A DNA stretch of 62,282 nt, filler included, from Chiloscyllium plagiosum (Eukaryota), in assembly GCF_004010195.1 (NCBI RefSeq). It is 5 parts of one record of this genome, joined end to end, with 100 filler letters (N's around TTAATTAATTAA, not from the genome) between each part and the next. Parts side by side here need not be neighbours in the genome. Positions count along the whole stretch, not along the records: positions 22,590 to 43,528 come from NC_057716.1; positions 43,629 to 49,855 come from NC_057716.1; positions 49,956 to 57,424 come from NC_057716.1; 2 more parts are not named here. One strand, written 5' to 3'. Numbering within the stretch: the first letter of the stretch is position 1; every line of letters begins with the position of its first letter. The translations under genes and the position numbers were made by a program. Shown one piece after another: positions 37,439 through 49,957 of the stretch. Below the pieces are notes generated by a model that was not told where the DNA came from, searched no databases, and saw nothing but the letters and a program-made list of their open reading frames with translations.

Positions 37439-38370
37439 TCTTTGAGGATGTAACAAAACACATTGAAGGTAGAGCAGTGGATGTGGTGTATATGGATTTT
37501 AGCAAGGTGTTTGATAGGGTTCTCCATGGTAGGCTCATTCAGAAAGTAAGGAGGAATGGGATACAGGGAAATCTGACTGTCTGGATACATAATTGGCTGA
37601 CCCACAGAAGACAGGATAGTGGTAGATGGAATGTTCTCAGCCTGGAGCTTGGACACCAGTGGTGTTCCAAAGGGATCTGTTCTGGGACCTCTGCTCTTTG
37701 TGATTTTTATAAATGACTTGGATGTGGAAGTGGAAAGGTGGGTTAGTAAGTTTGCCAGTGACATGAAGGTTAGATAGTGTAGAGGGCTGTTGTAGGATGC
37801 AATGGGACATTAATAGGATGCAGAACTGGGCTGATAAGTAGCAGATGGATTCTACCTGGAAAAGTGTGAAGTGATTCACTTTGGAAGGTCAGATTTGAAT
37901 GCAGAATACAGGGTTAAAGGCAGGATTCTTGGCAGTGTGGTGGAATAGAGGGATCTTGTTGTCCATGTCCATAGAGCTCTCAAAGTTACCAGCCAAGTTG
38001 ATAGGGTTGTTAAGAAGGTGTATGGCATGTTGGCTTTCATTTGCGGGGAGATTGAGTTTAAGAGTGCAAGGTTAGACTGCAGCTGGATAGAGTCCTGGTT
38101 AGACTACACTTGGAATAGTGTGCTCAGTTCTGGTCACCTCATTAGAGGAAGGATGTGGAAGCTTTAGAGAGGTTCAGAGGAGATTTACCAAGATGCTGCT
38201 GGGACTAGAGGGCATGTCTTATGTAGAAAGGTTGAGGGAGCTAGGGCTTTTCTCATTCGAGCAAAGAAGGTTGACAGGTGACTTGATAGAGGGAGACAAG
38301 ATGATGAGAGGCGCGGATATAGTGGATAGATGTTGACGTTTTCCCAGGGCAGAAATGTCCATCACTGGGC

Positions 38371-39645
38371 AAAACTTTTTTTATTGGTTTTTTATCTTTT
38401 GTTGTATTTTGGCTATTATTTCTTTTTTTTAATATATATATTTTTTACATTTTTTAATATAACATTTTTTACAAAATTATGAAGTAATGCAAACAAATAT
38501 AAACACTAATATACAATTAAATATATATATTAAAAAAAGAAATAATAGCCAAAATACAACAAAAGATAAAAAAGGAGAAAAAAAACTTGGCTTACTACTA
38601 CTCTATCCTACAAACAACCAAAGCATAAAATAAGATATCTTACATTACTAATAAGAAGTAAAGTAATAATTAAATAAGTAATCAAAGTGGATTAACATCA
38701 AATCATAATAAAACCCATATTTATACGGGATTCCTCCAGTCAGACAAAAGCCCTTGACAATATGGCTGAAATATCTGTCTATATAGTTCAGAAAGGGCTG
38801 CCATATTTTATAGAATAATTCAATTTTTTGGTGCACCATATTTGTGAGGAAGTCAAGGGGGATATTTTCCATGATTAAACTGTGCCAATTCGAAAGTCCT
38901 GGAGGGCCCTCAGCTACTCAATTCATTAAGATATTTTTCCTTGCACGAAAAGAGAGAATGGAGAATAATTTCCTCCCGTCCACATCCAGGGAGGGCAAAT
39001 TTGAAAAGCCCAGGAAAAGATACACTGGATCCAATCCAATCTCCGTTCCCAAGATTTCTGTCAGAGCATTCGCTACTCTGCCCCAATATTTGCAGATCTT
39101 GTGACATGTCCATAAGCAATGCGTGAGAGTGCCCACTTCTATTTTAGATTTAAGACACATTGGGGATGTTCCTACCCTAAATTTTGCCAGTTGTTCTGGT
39201 GCTATATGAGCCCTGTGAAGTATCTTTAATTGAATAGCTTGAGTTCTATTACAATTAGAGATCTTTCTGGCATTTTCCCAGATGTCCTCCCACATTTCTG
39301 AAGGGATTTCTAACCCCAATTCCTGGTTCCATATTTTAAACAGCTGTTCCATGTCTTTCGATACCTCATTATGTAATGAGTGCTAAAGAGTACTGACCGA
39401 GGGTGGACACATTGGCCATAGTACTCTTCTCTCCCTATCCGATTTGTAGGGACTGTCTAATAATGTCTTCTGTATATAATCTTGAAAATACCAGAAAAGG
39501 TCTCCACTAGGCAGTCCAAACCTCTGGTGCAGCCGCTCAAAAGACATCACAACCTCCCCATCAAACAGGTCCGCTAAGCAAGAGACACCTCTGGACTTCC
39601 AGGTTTTAAATGTAGCATCTGTCTGCCCTGGCTGAAAACCCCATG
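38371..39645 (-). mobile_element. 5'-truncated L1-clade LINE (ORF2 C-terminal Cys/His domain, 3' UTR, A-rich tail) inserted in CR1
   Basis: Peptide WNQELG...WEDIWENA...IQLKILHRAH...MCLKS...GTLTHCLWTC..I..YW is typical of the fish-type L1 C-terminus; the host CR1 resumes at gggcataattttaagg. Confidence 0.85.
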
Positions 39646-39931
39646 GGGGGCATAATTTTAAGGTAATTGGAGGAGGGTTTAGGGGACATGTCAGAGGTAG
39701 GTTATTTACTCAGAGAGGTGGGTGCGTGGAATGCACTGCCAGCAATGATAGTAGAGTCAGATACATTAGGGATATTTAAGCGACTCTAGGATAGACACGT
39801 GGAAATTACTACAATGAAGGGTATAAAGTAGGATAAAAGTCCGGTGTAACATCGAGGGCTGAAAGACCTGCATTGTGCTGTACTGCTCTGTGTTCTATGT
39901 TCTATTAGTTCCACAAGAAAGAACCTAAACT

Positions 39932-40480
39932 TCACCCCTTGACATTAAGTGGCAATACTATTGCTGAATCCCCACCTGTCAACATGTTGGGGATTACTAC
40001 TGAACAGGAACTCAATTGGGCCAGCCACATAAATGCTGTAGTTACAAGAGAAGGTGAGAGACAGTTCTGCAAGGAGTAACTCACCTCCGGTGTCCTCATT
40101 GCCTGTCCACAATCTACAAGACATGAGTCCATAGCATGAGGAATATACTCCAATTGCCTGGGTGGGTACAACTCCAACAACAACACAAAAATCTCAGCAC
40201 CATCCAGCACAAAGTACCTCATCTACTTAATTAAACCTTCAAACCCTCCACCACCAGAGCATAGCAGTAGCAGTTGTGAACAATCAACAACGTGCACTGT
40301 TTTGCTTCACCAATGCTGGTTTGACACCATATTTCAAATCTTCAACCTCGACCACATTGAAGGACAAGGGCAGCAGATTCATGGGAACACTGCCAGCTAG
40401 AAACACCCTTCCAAGCTCTTGTCCATCCTGACTTGGAAACATTTCACTGTTCCTTCGGTTGCTGCGGGGTCACAATCCTG
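39932..40480 (+). mobile_element. Old non-LTR retrotransposon 3' part (CR1/L2 superfamily)
   Basis: Decayed LGIT..LNWASHIN and TIYK...EYxPxAW motifs; related to the minus-strand piece at 26375-26940. Confidence 0.6.
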
Positions 40481-41639
40481 GGACGGTACCCCCACCACAC
40501 CACAGCAGGAATACAAGACTTACTGCTTCTGGCTGAAGAATAATTTGCCAGAGCTGCACAAATCTCAGGAAAGTTTTATTTTTATTCTAGCACACTGGGT
40601 GCTGCCCACCATTATTAAATACATCTGCAGTCAGTCCTGCTCTGTGGGAATCTGGCTGCAAGTTCTCTGGAACATACCCTAATAATGTAACCCTTTTCAC
40701 CTCTGTGGCATTCAGGTGGTTCTGCACTGCACCCCGAAGGCCAGTAACTCTTTCCTGAGGTGCACTGACTCAAATCTGAATGCAGTGCAGAGTAACAAGA
40801 GCTTTGTAAGCAGAAACCTAATGTTGCATTGGCAGTTCAGATTTCCATTTTGTTTCTGTCTATTTTGAGTCTCTTACAAAGGCCACCTGTTCGTCACCGT
40901 CGGCTTTCTACCCTGGTTTCTTGGTCATGTGCACGGTCCCTTGTACTTGTGACCTGAGGAACGAAGACAATGCCTTATCTTTCTGCACAGCAACCAACTT
41001 GACAATTTAAAAACAGAAGCAGTGGCAATTTCTGATATGTCTTTAAGTTACGGAACTGTGTGTTCACGTTAACTCTGCGACCTGCCAACGATAGGAATTG
41101 CATCCGGGACTGAGAAACCCCTTTACAAATTCAGCAGTTAACAGCTACATTAAACCCAGTAGCAAAAGCAATTGGCAGGTCTCTCTGAAGAGAGGCGATA
41201 GGAATTCACATGATATAAATGAGAATATTAAATGTCCCTGTATGTTCATAATACACCTCTTTAAAATAAAGTATAAACAAACACAATTACTTATTTATGA
41301 AGTTCTGACAGTTATTAAAATCAGAAAACATTCTGGATGACAAAGAAATAGGATTTTTATTCCCACTTGTGAGGCCAAGAGAAGCCTATTGTGGAAATAC
41401 AAATCCCGTGTCAGTGCCCTTCCATTATAAATCTTTAAATTATTTATGCATTGCTTGGACAATATCACGACCAGAAAATATCAAATATTGAAAGGAGAGG
41501 CCACTGCACTTCTATGAAGAATGTTTGGTGACACAGATACACTAGCGGTACTTATTTTGAGTAGTGAATTGTTTCAGAATAAATGGTTTCCTGTTATTAT
41601 TAGTGAAGGACCTTCAGACAGTGAAACTAGCATCACAAG

Positions 41640-42010
41640 CAAAAAAGTAAATTGTTGGAGAAACTCAGCCGGTCTTGGCAGCAGCTATGGAGAGAAAGCA
41701 GAGACAGTGTTTCAGATCCAGTGACTCTAAGGGTTGTTTACATCTACTCTAGATATATCTTTTGTTTATTTACTTGTCCTGCTAGGATCTTATTTGCCTT
41801 GTATCAACCACCAACTGTGTCACCATTCTTTCCTGTTTTGCAAGCTATTATGGACTCTCCCTTTTGATTCCTCAACATCCCCCTTCCCGTAGTTTGTTGA
41901 AAAAAACATTTCTAATACTCCGAGCTCTGACAAATAGCCATCAACCTGAAACGATAGTTCTGCTTGTCTCTTTCCACAGGTGCTGCCAGCTCTGTTGAAT
42001 CTCACCATTA
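41640..42010. mobile_element. Decayed PLE 3' UTR bounded by inverted tail modules
   Basis: 41640-41730 is a minus-strand tail; 41920-42010 is a plus-strand tail (gagctctgacaaa...cctgaaacgatagttc...ggtgctgccag). Confidence 0.6.
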
Positions 42011-42409
42011 TCTTCTCAATGAATGCCAGGCAGTAAATCCTGACTTTGCCAGTGACACTCATGTCCCATGAATAAACTTTGTTTCAAAACAAAAGTGTTC
42101 TTTCCACAGTACTGTACTCCTGACAGATTTCTATTAAGCTTGGTTATTATGGGTTCTGGTACAAAAGTAGGTCACTGGAGTTAAGATTCATGATAATTTA
42201 CCATGATCTTGTGAAATAGTGGAACAGTCATTGAGGGACATCCAGGCCCATTCCTTTTACCCAGACATATCAAATCTTTAATTTTAAATGATTACCCAAC
42301 AAAAACATTGAGACTTGGAGTTCTGATATCTCCATATTACAACTACTCTAAATATTCATGTGATTATGTAACAGATGCTGTGTAAATCAGAAACATAATT
42401 ATATGTTTT

Positions 42410-43528
42410 TGGAGATAAGTCTCTTGATTAAACTTAAAATATAAGCCATAGCTTTTAATTTAACCTCGGGAGATAGTGAGGAAAGAGATTGATCTGAGAC
42501 GGGTACAGCTGAGAACAGAAGTGAGTCAAACAGTCAGGGCAGGCAGGGACAAGGTAGGACTAATAAATTAAACTGCATTTATTTCAATGCAAGAGGCCTA
42601 ACAGGGAAGGCAGATGAACTCAGGGCATGGTTAGGAACATGGGACTGGGATATCATAGCAATTACGGAAACATGGCTCAGGGATGGGGCAGGACTGGCAG
42701 CTTAATGTTCCAGATACAAATGCTACAGGAACGATAGAAAGGGAGGCAAGAGAGGAGGGGGAGTGTCATTTTTGATAAGGGATAGCATTACAGCTGTGCT
42801 GAGGGGAGGATATTCCCGGAAATACATCCAGGGAAGTTATTTGCGTGGAACTGAGAAGTAAGAAAGGGATGATCACCTTATTGGGATTGTATTATAGACC
42901 CCCCAATAGTCAGAGGGAAATTGAGAAACAAACTTGCAATGAGATCTCAGCTATCTGTAAGAATAATAGGTTAGTTATGGTAGGGAATTTTAACTTTCCA
43001 AACATCGACTGGGACTGCCATAGTGCCAAAGGTTTAGATGGAGAGGAATTTCTTAAATGTGTACAAGACAATTTTCTGATTCAGTATGTGTATGTACCTA
43101 CGAGAGAAAGTGCAAAACTTGACCTACTCTTGGGAAATAAGGCAGGGCAGGTGACTGAGGTGTCAGTGGGGGAGCACTTTGGGGCCAGCGACCATAATTC
43201 TATTCGTTTTAAAATAGTGATGGAAAAGGATAGACCAGATCTAAAAGTTGAAGTTCTAAATTGGAGAAAGGCCAATTTTGACGGTATTAGACAAGAACTT
43301 TCGAAAGCTGATTGGAGGCAGATGTTCGCAGGTAAAGGGATGGCTGGAAAATGCGATAACAAGAATCCAGAGAAAGTATATTCCTGTCAGGGTGAAAGTG
43401 AAGGCTGGTAGCTATAGGGAATGCTGGATGACTAAAGAAATTGAGGGTTTGGTTAAGAAAAAGAAGGAAGGAAGCATATGTCAGGTATAGACAGGATAGA
43501 TCGAGTGAATCCTTAGAAGAGTACAAAG
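42410..43528 (+). mobile_element. Young CR1: piece of 5' UTR joined directly to the ORF2 APE endonuclease (ORF1 missing)
   Basis: LNCIYFNARGL, IAITETWL, GLYYRPP, GNFNFPNIDW and GASDHNS motifs; compared with the copy at 60260-62282. Confidence 0.9.
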
Positions 43529-43628
43529 NNNNNNNNNNNNNNNNNNNNNNNNNNNNNNNNNNNNNNNNNNNNTTAATTAATTAANNNNNNNNNNNNNNNN
43601 NNNNNNNNNNNNNNNNNNNNNNNNNNNN
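43529..43628. other. Artificial 100-bp contig spacer N44-TTAATTAATTAA-N44
   Basis: Exact composition seen. Confidence 0.97.
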
Positions 43629-45381
43629 TCTGCTTGGCCACTTTCCTCTGCTGCCTGTCCCAAAGTCAACTTTGGAGGATGGTCACCCGAAGGTCCGAGG
43701 CTGAATGTCCTGGACCACTGAAGTGTTCCCCAACTGGGAGGGAACCCTCCTGTCTGTTGATTGTTGTGCGGTGCCCATTCATCCGTTGTCGTAGCCTTTG
43801 CTCGGTTTCCCCAATGTACCATGCCTCCGGGCATCCTTGCCTGCATTGTATAAGATAGACAACTTGGCTGAGTCACATGAGTACCTGCCATGTACAAGAT
43901 GGGAGGTGTTCCCACGCATAATGGTGGTATCTATGTCCACAATCTGACACGTCTTGCAGCGTCCACCGTGACAGGGTTGTATGGAGTTGTCCTGAGAGCC
44001 GGGCAATTTGCTATGAACAATGATCTGTTTGAGGTTTGGCGGTTGTTTAAATTTGAGTTCAGGGTGGAAGGTGTTGGTAAAGTGGATGGACTGTTCAACC
44101 TCCTCGTGGGAGCACAAGGCAGCGCCGATACAGTCATCGATGTAGCGGAGGAAAAGGTGGGGGTGGTGCCAGTGTAGCTGCAGAAGATGGACTGTTCCAC
44201 ATATCCTATGAAGAGGCAGGCTTAGCTGGGGCCCATGTGGGTGCCCATGGCTACTCCTTTGGTTTGGAGGAAGTGGGAGGATTGGAAAGAGAAGTTGTTC
44301 AGACTGAGGACCAGTTCAGTCAGTCGAAGGAGGGTGCCAGTGGAAGGGTACTAGTTGGTACGGCGAGAAAGGAAAAAGCGGAGGGCTTTGAGTCCTTCGT
44401 GATGGGGGATGGAGGTGTACAGGGACTGGATGTCCACGGTGAAGATAAGACATTGGGGACCGGGGAAGCGAAAATCATGGAGGAGGTGGAGGGCATGGGT
44501 GGTGTCCCGAACGTAGGTGGGGAATTCTTGGACTAAGGGGGACAGGACCGTGTCGAAGTATGCAGAGATGAGTTCGGTGGGGCAGGAGCAGGCTGAGACA
44601 ATGGGTCGGCCGGGGCAGTCAAGTTTATGGATTTTGGGCAGGAGGTAGAAATGGGTGGTGCAGGGACTATGAGGTTGGAGGCGGTGGATGGGAGATCCCC
44701 TGAGGTGATGAGGTTATGGATGGTCTGGGAGATGATGGTTTGGAGTGGGAGGTTGGGTCATGGTCAAGGAGGCAGTAGGAGGAGGTGTCCGTGAGCTGAC
44801 GTTTAGCCTCAGCGGTGTAAAGGTCGGTGCGCCAACTACTACGGCACTTCCCTTGTCTGCTGGTTTGATAGTGAGGTTGGGGTTGGAACGGAGGGAGTGG
44901 AGGGCTGCACGTTCCGAGGGTGAGAGGTTGGAGTGGGTGAGAGGTTGAGGCGGTTAATGTCGTAGCGGCAGTTGGCTATGAAGAGATCGAGGGCAGGTAA
45001 AAGGCCAGCACGGGGTGTCCAGGTGGATGGGGTGTGTTGGAGGTGGGAGAAGGGGTCGTCAGAGGGTGGGCAAGAATCCTGGTTGAAGAAGTAGGCACGG
45101 AGGCGAAGGCGGCGGAAGAATTGTTCGATGTCTCCCCGCGTGTTGAACTCGTTAATCCGAGAGCGTAGGGGGATGAAGGTGAGGTCTCTGCTGAGGACTG
45201 ATCTTTCATCCTCAGAGAGGGTAGTTCTGGAGGGATGGTGAAAACACGGCAGGGCTGGGAGCTAGGACCTAGGACCTGGTGTGGGGCTGGAACTGAGAGT
45301 GGGGGTGGGTTTAGGCGTGGGGGCGGGAATTGGGGTGGGGACGGAGGTCGGGGCGGGGGTGGGGTTCGGCGTGGGGATGGA
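43629..45381 (-). mobile_element. Penelope-like element ORF remnant: RT plus GIY-YIG endonuclease
   Basis: LSEDERSVLS...FFRRLRLRAYF, QTKGVAMGTHMGPS, RYIDD, then CxxGRCKTC and CRQGCPEAWYIGETEQRLRQRMNGHR. Confidence 0.9.
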
Positions 45382-45784
45382 GTAAAGCAAGAGTAGTGAG
45401 GCTAAATACATTACCCCAACACAGAATAGTTAGCCCAGGGAGAACCCAAGGCTTGGACCTGACACATTTCTGTTTAGTCTGACTCCATTATTTACTGGCT
45501 TAAATTTTTTACTCAGTCAATGAATTTTCACCCTTGAAATGGACACCTTTTCCTTCTCCCAAGTGTTGTTTTATCCATGTGCAGTCCTGCTGGAGTGTCA
45601 AATACAGAAACCCCTAACTGAGCTGGTTTGTAAATTATTCCCAGAGTTGGATCATTACAATCAACAGCTTTGAAATAAAAATCATTAGTGACTGATAGAG
45701 AAGTGCTGGAATAATGTGGGTGGTGATGCAGCAAGTTTAGAATTCTCAACCTTGTGTTCAAATCCATGCATAGTTGTTTTAGGA

Positions 45785-46080
45785 TGACATGGCGGCTCAG
45801 TGGTTAGCACTGCCATCACAGCACCAGGAGACCCAGGTTCGATTCCAGCCTCAGGTGACTATCTGTGTGCAGCTTGCACATTCTCCCTGTGTCTGCATGG
45901 GTTTTCTGCTACAATCCAAAGATGAATTGGACATGCTAAATTGCCTAGAGTGTTCAGGGATGTGTAGGTTAGGAGTAAATGCAGAGTTTAGGGAATAGGT
46001 CTGGATGAGTTATCTTTGGAGGGTCGGTGTGGAGTTGTTGGGCTGAAGGGCCTGTTTCCACACTGTAGGGAATCTATGAT
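45785..46080 (+). mobile_element. HE1-type SINE
   Basis: ggcggctcagtggttagcactg...ggttcgattcc...ctgtagggaatctatgat. Confidence 0.82.
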
Positions 46081-46414
46081 TTTCTGTCTTTATTTTTGTA
46101 ACTTGTTAAATCTCTGCACTCCTTCAATTCTGGCCTCTCCTGCATCTGCAATTTTCATTGTATCATTATTTGTATTCATGCCTTCAACTAATGCTCTGTC
46201 TTCATTAGGTGTCTTAACATTCTATGTGCTGTAAGGGGAGTGTAATTCTATGTAAAGCAAAAGTAGTGAGGCTAAATACATTGCTCCAACACAGAATAGT
46301 TAGCCCAAGGCCCTAAGGTATGAAGTTTCCCCACTAAATCTCTCCTCTTCTTTTTCTCTGCTTTGAAGATACTTCTTGAAACCTACGTCTTTTACCAAGC
46401 TTTCTGTCACCTAG

Positions 46415-46542
46415 GAGAAAGTGAGGAATGCAGATGCTGGAGATCGGAGTCAAGAGTGTGGTACTGGAAAAGCACAGCAGGTCAGGCAGCATCTGAGGAG
46501 CAGGAGAATTGATGTTTCGGGCATAAGCCCTTTATCAGGAAT
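46415..46542 (-). mobile_element. Solo PLE tail with mutated hammerhead-like core, inserted in an L2-like 3' relic
   Basis: Minus strand reads AUUC CUGAUAA A GGGC UUAU GCCC GAAA CAUC AAUU; flanks resemble an L2 tail (ttgaaacctacgtcttttaccaagcttt). Confidence 0.7.
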
Positions 46543-47037
46543 TTGCTGTCAATATCTCCTCTTAGTGTCAAGTTTTTTTCCACTAACATTTCTTGTTAAA
46601 CACCCTGGGATGTTTTGACTTTGCAGTATGAATGTAAGTTGTTGATGTGTGTTTGGTGTGAATGAGTTTGAGAAGGAAGCGTACATGTCCATGGTCCGCA
46701 TGTGCCAATTTTGAAAGGGAGGCAGAATCAAAAGGCTGCTGAATGGGTTCTTGTGGCAAAGATGGCAATTATAGAGGGTCCTCTACCATAGATAGATACC
46801 ATGGTTTCCTGAACAAATCAACTCCTACAGCTCCAACTCAACTACACATATTGTCTTCCAGCCAGTTTGCGTTAAATGAATGAAGTCAACTTCAAATGAC
46901 TGAGATTTTGACCATCGACTTCACCCGTCATATGAATAACCTGACTTTAGGGATCCAACAGCAGAGGTTTACAATTTTATTTGCCTATGAGAGCTGTTGC
47001 TGGGTTTCCAGTTAAAACTTATATCCTTTTCAGAATA

Positions 47038-47248
47038 CTAGATTAGATTAGATTACTTACAGTGTGGAAACAGGCCCTTCGGCCCTACAAGTCCACACCG
47101 ACCCGCCGAAACGCAACCCACCTATACCCCTACATTTACCCCTTTAACCTAACACTACGGGCAATTTAGCATGGCCAGTCGGGAATTGAACCCGGGTCTC
47201 TGGCGCTGTGAGGCAGCTGTGCTAACCACTGTGCCACTGTGCTGCCCA
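47038..47248 (-). mobile_element. HE1-type SINE, internally deleted
   Basis: (attag)n tail and tRNA head present; the middle part is missing relative to 13384-13680. Confidence 0.82.
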
Positions 47249-48915
47249 CAAGCAGGTACTGGAATGAAAGGTGAAAAGGCAGATTACACCACAAGTAACA
47301 TTAATCTTTAAACGTGGACATAAATGAAGCCTGTGTTCCAAAAAAGAGTAAAGGAATTCTATCTATCAAAACATTAAAACATTCAGCGAGGCAATCTGTC
47401 CATTATCTGTGGAATCGATGGTCCAAGTGGCTTGCTTCCACACCGTAGGCATTCTATAATCCTATGATTATCTCATTGATGTTTGTGGCACCTTGCTGTG
47501 CACTAATTGAGTTCTACATTTTCTATGTTGCAACAAAGACAATCTTTCAAAAGTAGTTCATTAGCTATAATGTGTTTTGCAATATCCCGAGGCCCTGAAA
47601 GATGCTATATAAATGTAATTCTTTCTCTTGAAGCGCATCCTTTCAGGGAGCATTTCACACCATTTCTGGGGATGGTGGGGCAGCAAAAGAGTTCTGTCAG
47701 CCCCATTGGCTTTTATATTTTCTTTGAAGTCACTCGCCTGAGTCTTGTTATTTTCCCAGTTACCCGTGTGTCAAGAAACCATTGTAAATAAATTGATAAG
47801 TGGCAACATTTATTTACAGGCACTTAGGTCCTGGGAGTTGAGGTGTTGGTCTGAAAGCATTTTAAAAAGCTCAATTCTTGAGTTTATTAGGACCCAGTAG
47901 GAGCTGCCTTTTAAACTGACATTCCAACATCTCTCTGTGGAATTTTCATGCTCCACATCTTATCCTGTGAACACAGACAATGCCTGTGCTAGCTCAAAGA
48001 TAAGGTCTAGGTGGGGGATAAACCTTAGCACTAATACTGTCAATGCTTAGCCCAGCTTGCCCCGGTTAGCACAATGTTTCAGAAGAATGCATTCCTCAAA
48101 TGCATTGTTGACTCACAGCAAGCCATCTTATGTGTGCATAGTTACATTGCATTTCACTATCAATGAGATGCAGTTTTAAACATACTTTAATCCAGTAGTA
48201 TCAGGTTCTGTGTGCAGTCCTGGGGTTGAATGATAGCATGAATAGGGGTAAAAAACACAAGTTCATAATGGTAACATATGAGCAGGTCATCCCGGGTACA
48301 TTCCCTGGACGTAAGAAAGAGCAGCAGCCATAAGCTCACTGTGAGACTACTTCATCATTCAATACAATCATGACTGATCTCTCAGCACTTCTCTCTGAAA
48401 TTGATCCCTATATACCTTGATTCATTTATATTTCCAAAATACCTATCTATCTCTATCTTGAATATTATCAGAGACTCACAACCCTTCTCTGTGAAGAAAT
48501 TTCTCTTAGCCTCAGTCCTAAACAACCTATGTCTAGAGTTTAGGAGAGTCAGAAGTGACTTAATTGAAACATATGAGATCCTGAGGGGACTTGACCAGGT
48601 GAATGTTCAAGGGATGTTTCCTCTTGTGGGAGAATCTGGAACTAGGGTCATAATTTAAAATAAGGGCATGGGGAAGTAGGAATATTAATGGGGAGGGGAG
48701 GCAGGGAGGAGTGGGGGGTGCTCAGTGGAGCTTCATTCATTTCAGACACCGGAAAGTCCAGAAACATGCATGGCTGTTTTTGTCATTTCTACTCGTGCGC
48801 TGGCTGGCTTGACACATCGGCCAATGTGTATATGTGTGACAACGACGTAAGCCTGACTTTGTGATGAAAACAATGGAGGTGTTTACTGTTAGAAATTCAT
48901 AACGTGACAATTAAA

Positions 48916-49855
48916 GTCATAGAGTCATAGAGATGTACAGCATGGAAACAGACCCTTCGGTCCAATCCGTCCATGCCGACCAAATATCCCAACCCAATCT
49001 AGTCCCACCTGCCAGCACCCGGCCCATATCCCTCCAAACCCTTCCTATTCATATACCCATCCAAATGCCTCCAAATGCCTCTGGATTCTTGTTATCGCAT
49101 TTCTGAAGGCTTCCCATTTTCCAGCCGTCCCTTTACCTGCGAACATCTGCCTCCAATCAGCTTTTGAAAGTTCTTGTCTAATACCGTCAAAATTGGCCTT
49201 TCTCTAACTTAAAACTTTAACTTTTAGATCTGGTCTATCCTTTTCCATCACTATTTTAAAACAAAGAGAATTATGGTCACTGGCCCCAAAGTGCTCCCCC
49301 ACTGACACCTCAGTCACCTGCCCTGCCTTATTTCCCAAGAGTAGGTCAAGTTTTGCACTTTCTCTCGTAGGTACATCCACATACTGAATCAGAAAATTGT
49401 CTTGTACACATTTAAGAAATTCCTCTCCATCTAAACCTTTAACACTATGGCAGTCCCAGTCGATGTTTGGAAAGTTAAAATTCCCTACCATAACTACCCT
49501 ATTATTCTTACAGATAGCTGAGATCTCCTTACAAGTTGGTTTCTCAATTTCCCTCTGACTATTGGGGGGGTCTATAATACAATCCCAATAATGTGATCAT
49601 CCCTTTCTCATTTCTCAATTCCACCTAAATAACTTCGCTGGATGTATTTCCGGGAATATTCTCCCTCAGCACAGCTGTAATGCTATCCCTTATCAAAAAT
49701 GCCACTCCCCCTCCTCTCTTGCCTCCCTTTCTATCCTTCTAGCAATTGTATCCTGGAACATTAAGCTGCCAGTCCTGCCCATCCCTGAGCCATGTTTCCG
49801 TAATTGCTATGATATCCCAGTCCCATGTTCCTAACCATGCCCTGAGTTCACCTGC
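48916..49855 (-). mobile_element. Young CR1 with the APE domain joined directly to the 3' tail (RT deleted)
   Basis: 49081-49855 is nearly identical in reverse complement to about 42608-43370; 48916-49070 is a CR1 3' tail. Confidence 0.88.
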
Positions 49856-49955
49856 NNNNNNNNNNNNNNNNNNNNNNNNNNNNNNNNNNNNNNNNNNNNT
49901 TAATTAATTAANNNNNNNNNNNNNNNNNNNNNNNNNNNNNNNNNNNNNNNNNNNN
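49856..49955. other. Artificial 100-bp contig spacer N44-TTAATTAATTAA-N44
   Basis: Exact composition seen. Confidence 0.97.
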
Positions 49956-49957
49956 GT

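Larger units (their letters stand above)
35160..39905 (+). mobile_element. Near full-length decayed CR1 ORF2 (APE endonuclease, RT, 3' tail) carrying nested PLE and L1 insertions
   Basis: FNARSI, ETW, DFNFPNIDW, NYRPVSLTS and VYMDFSKVFD motifs in order; tail ...gttctatgttctat at about 39905. Confidence 0.9.
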
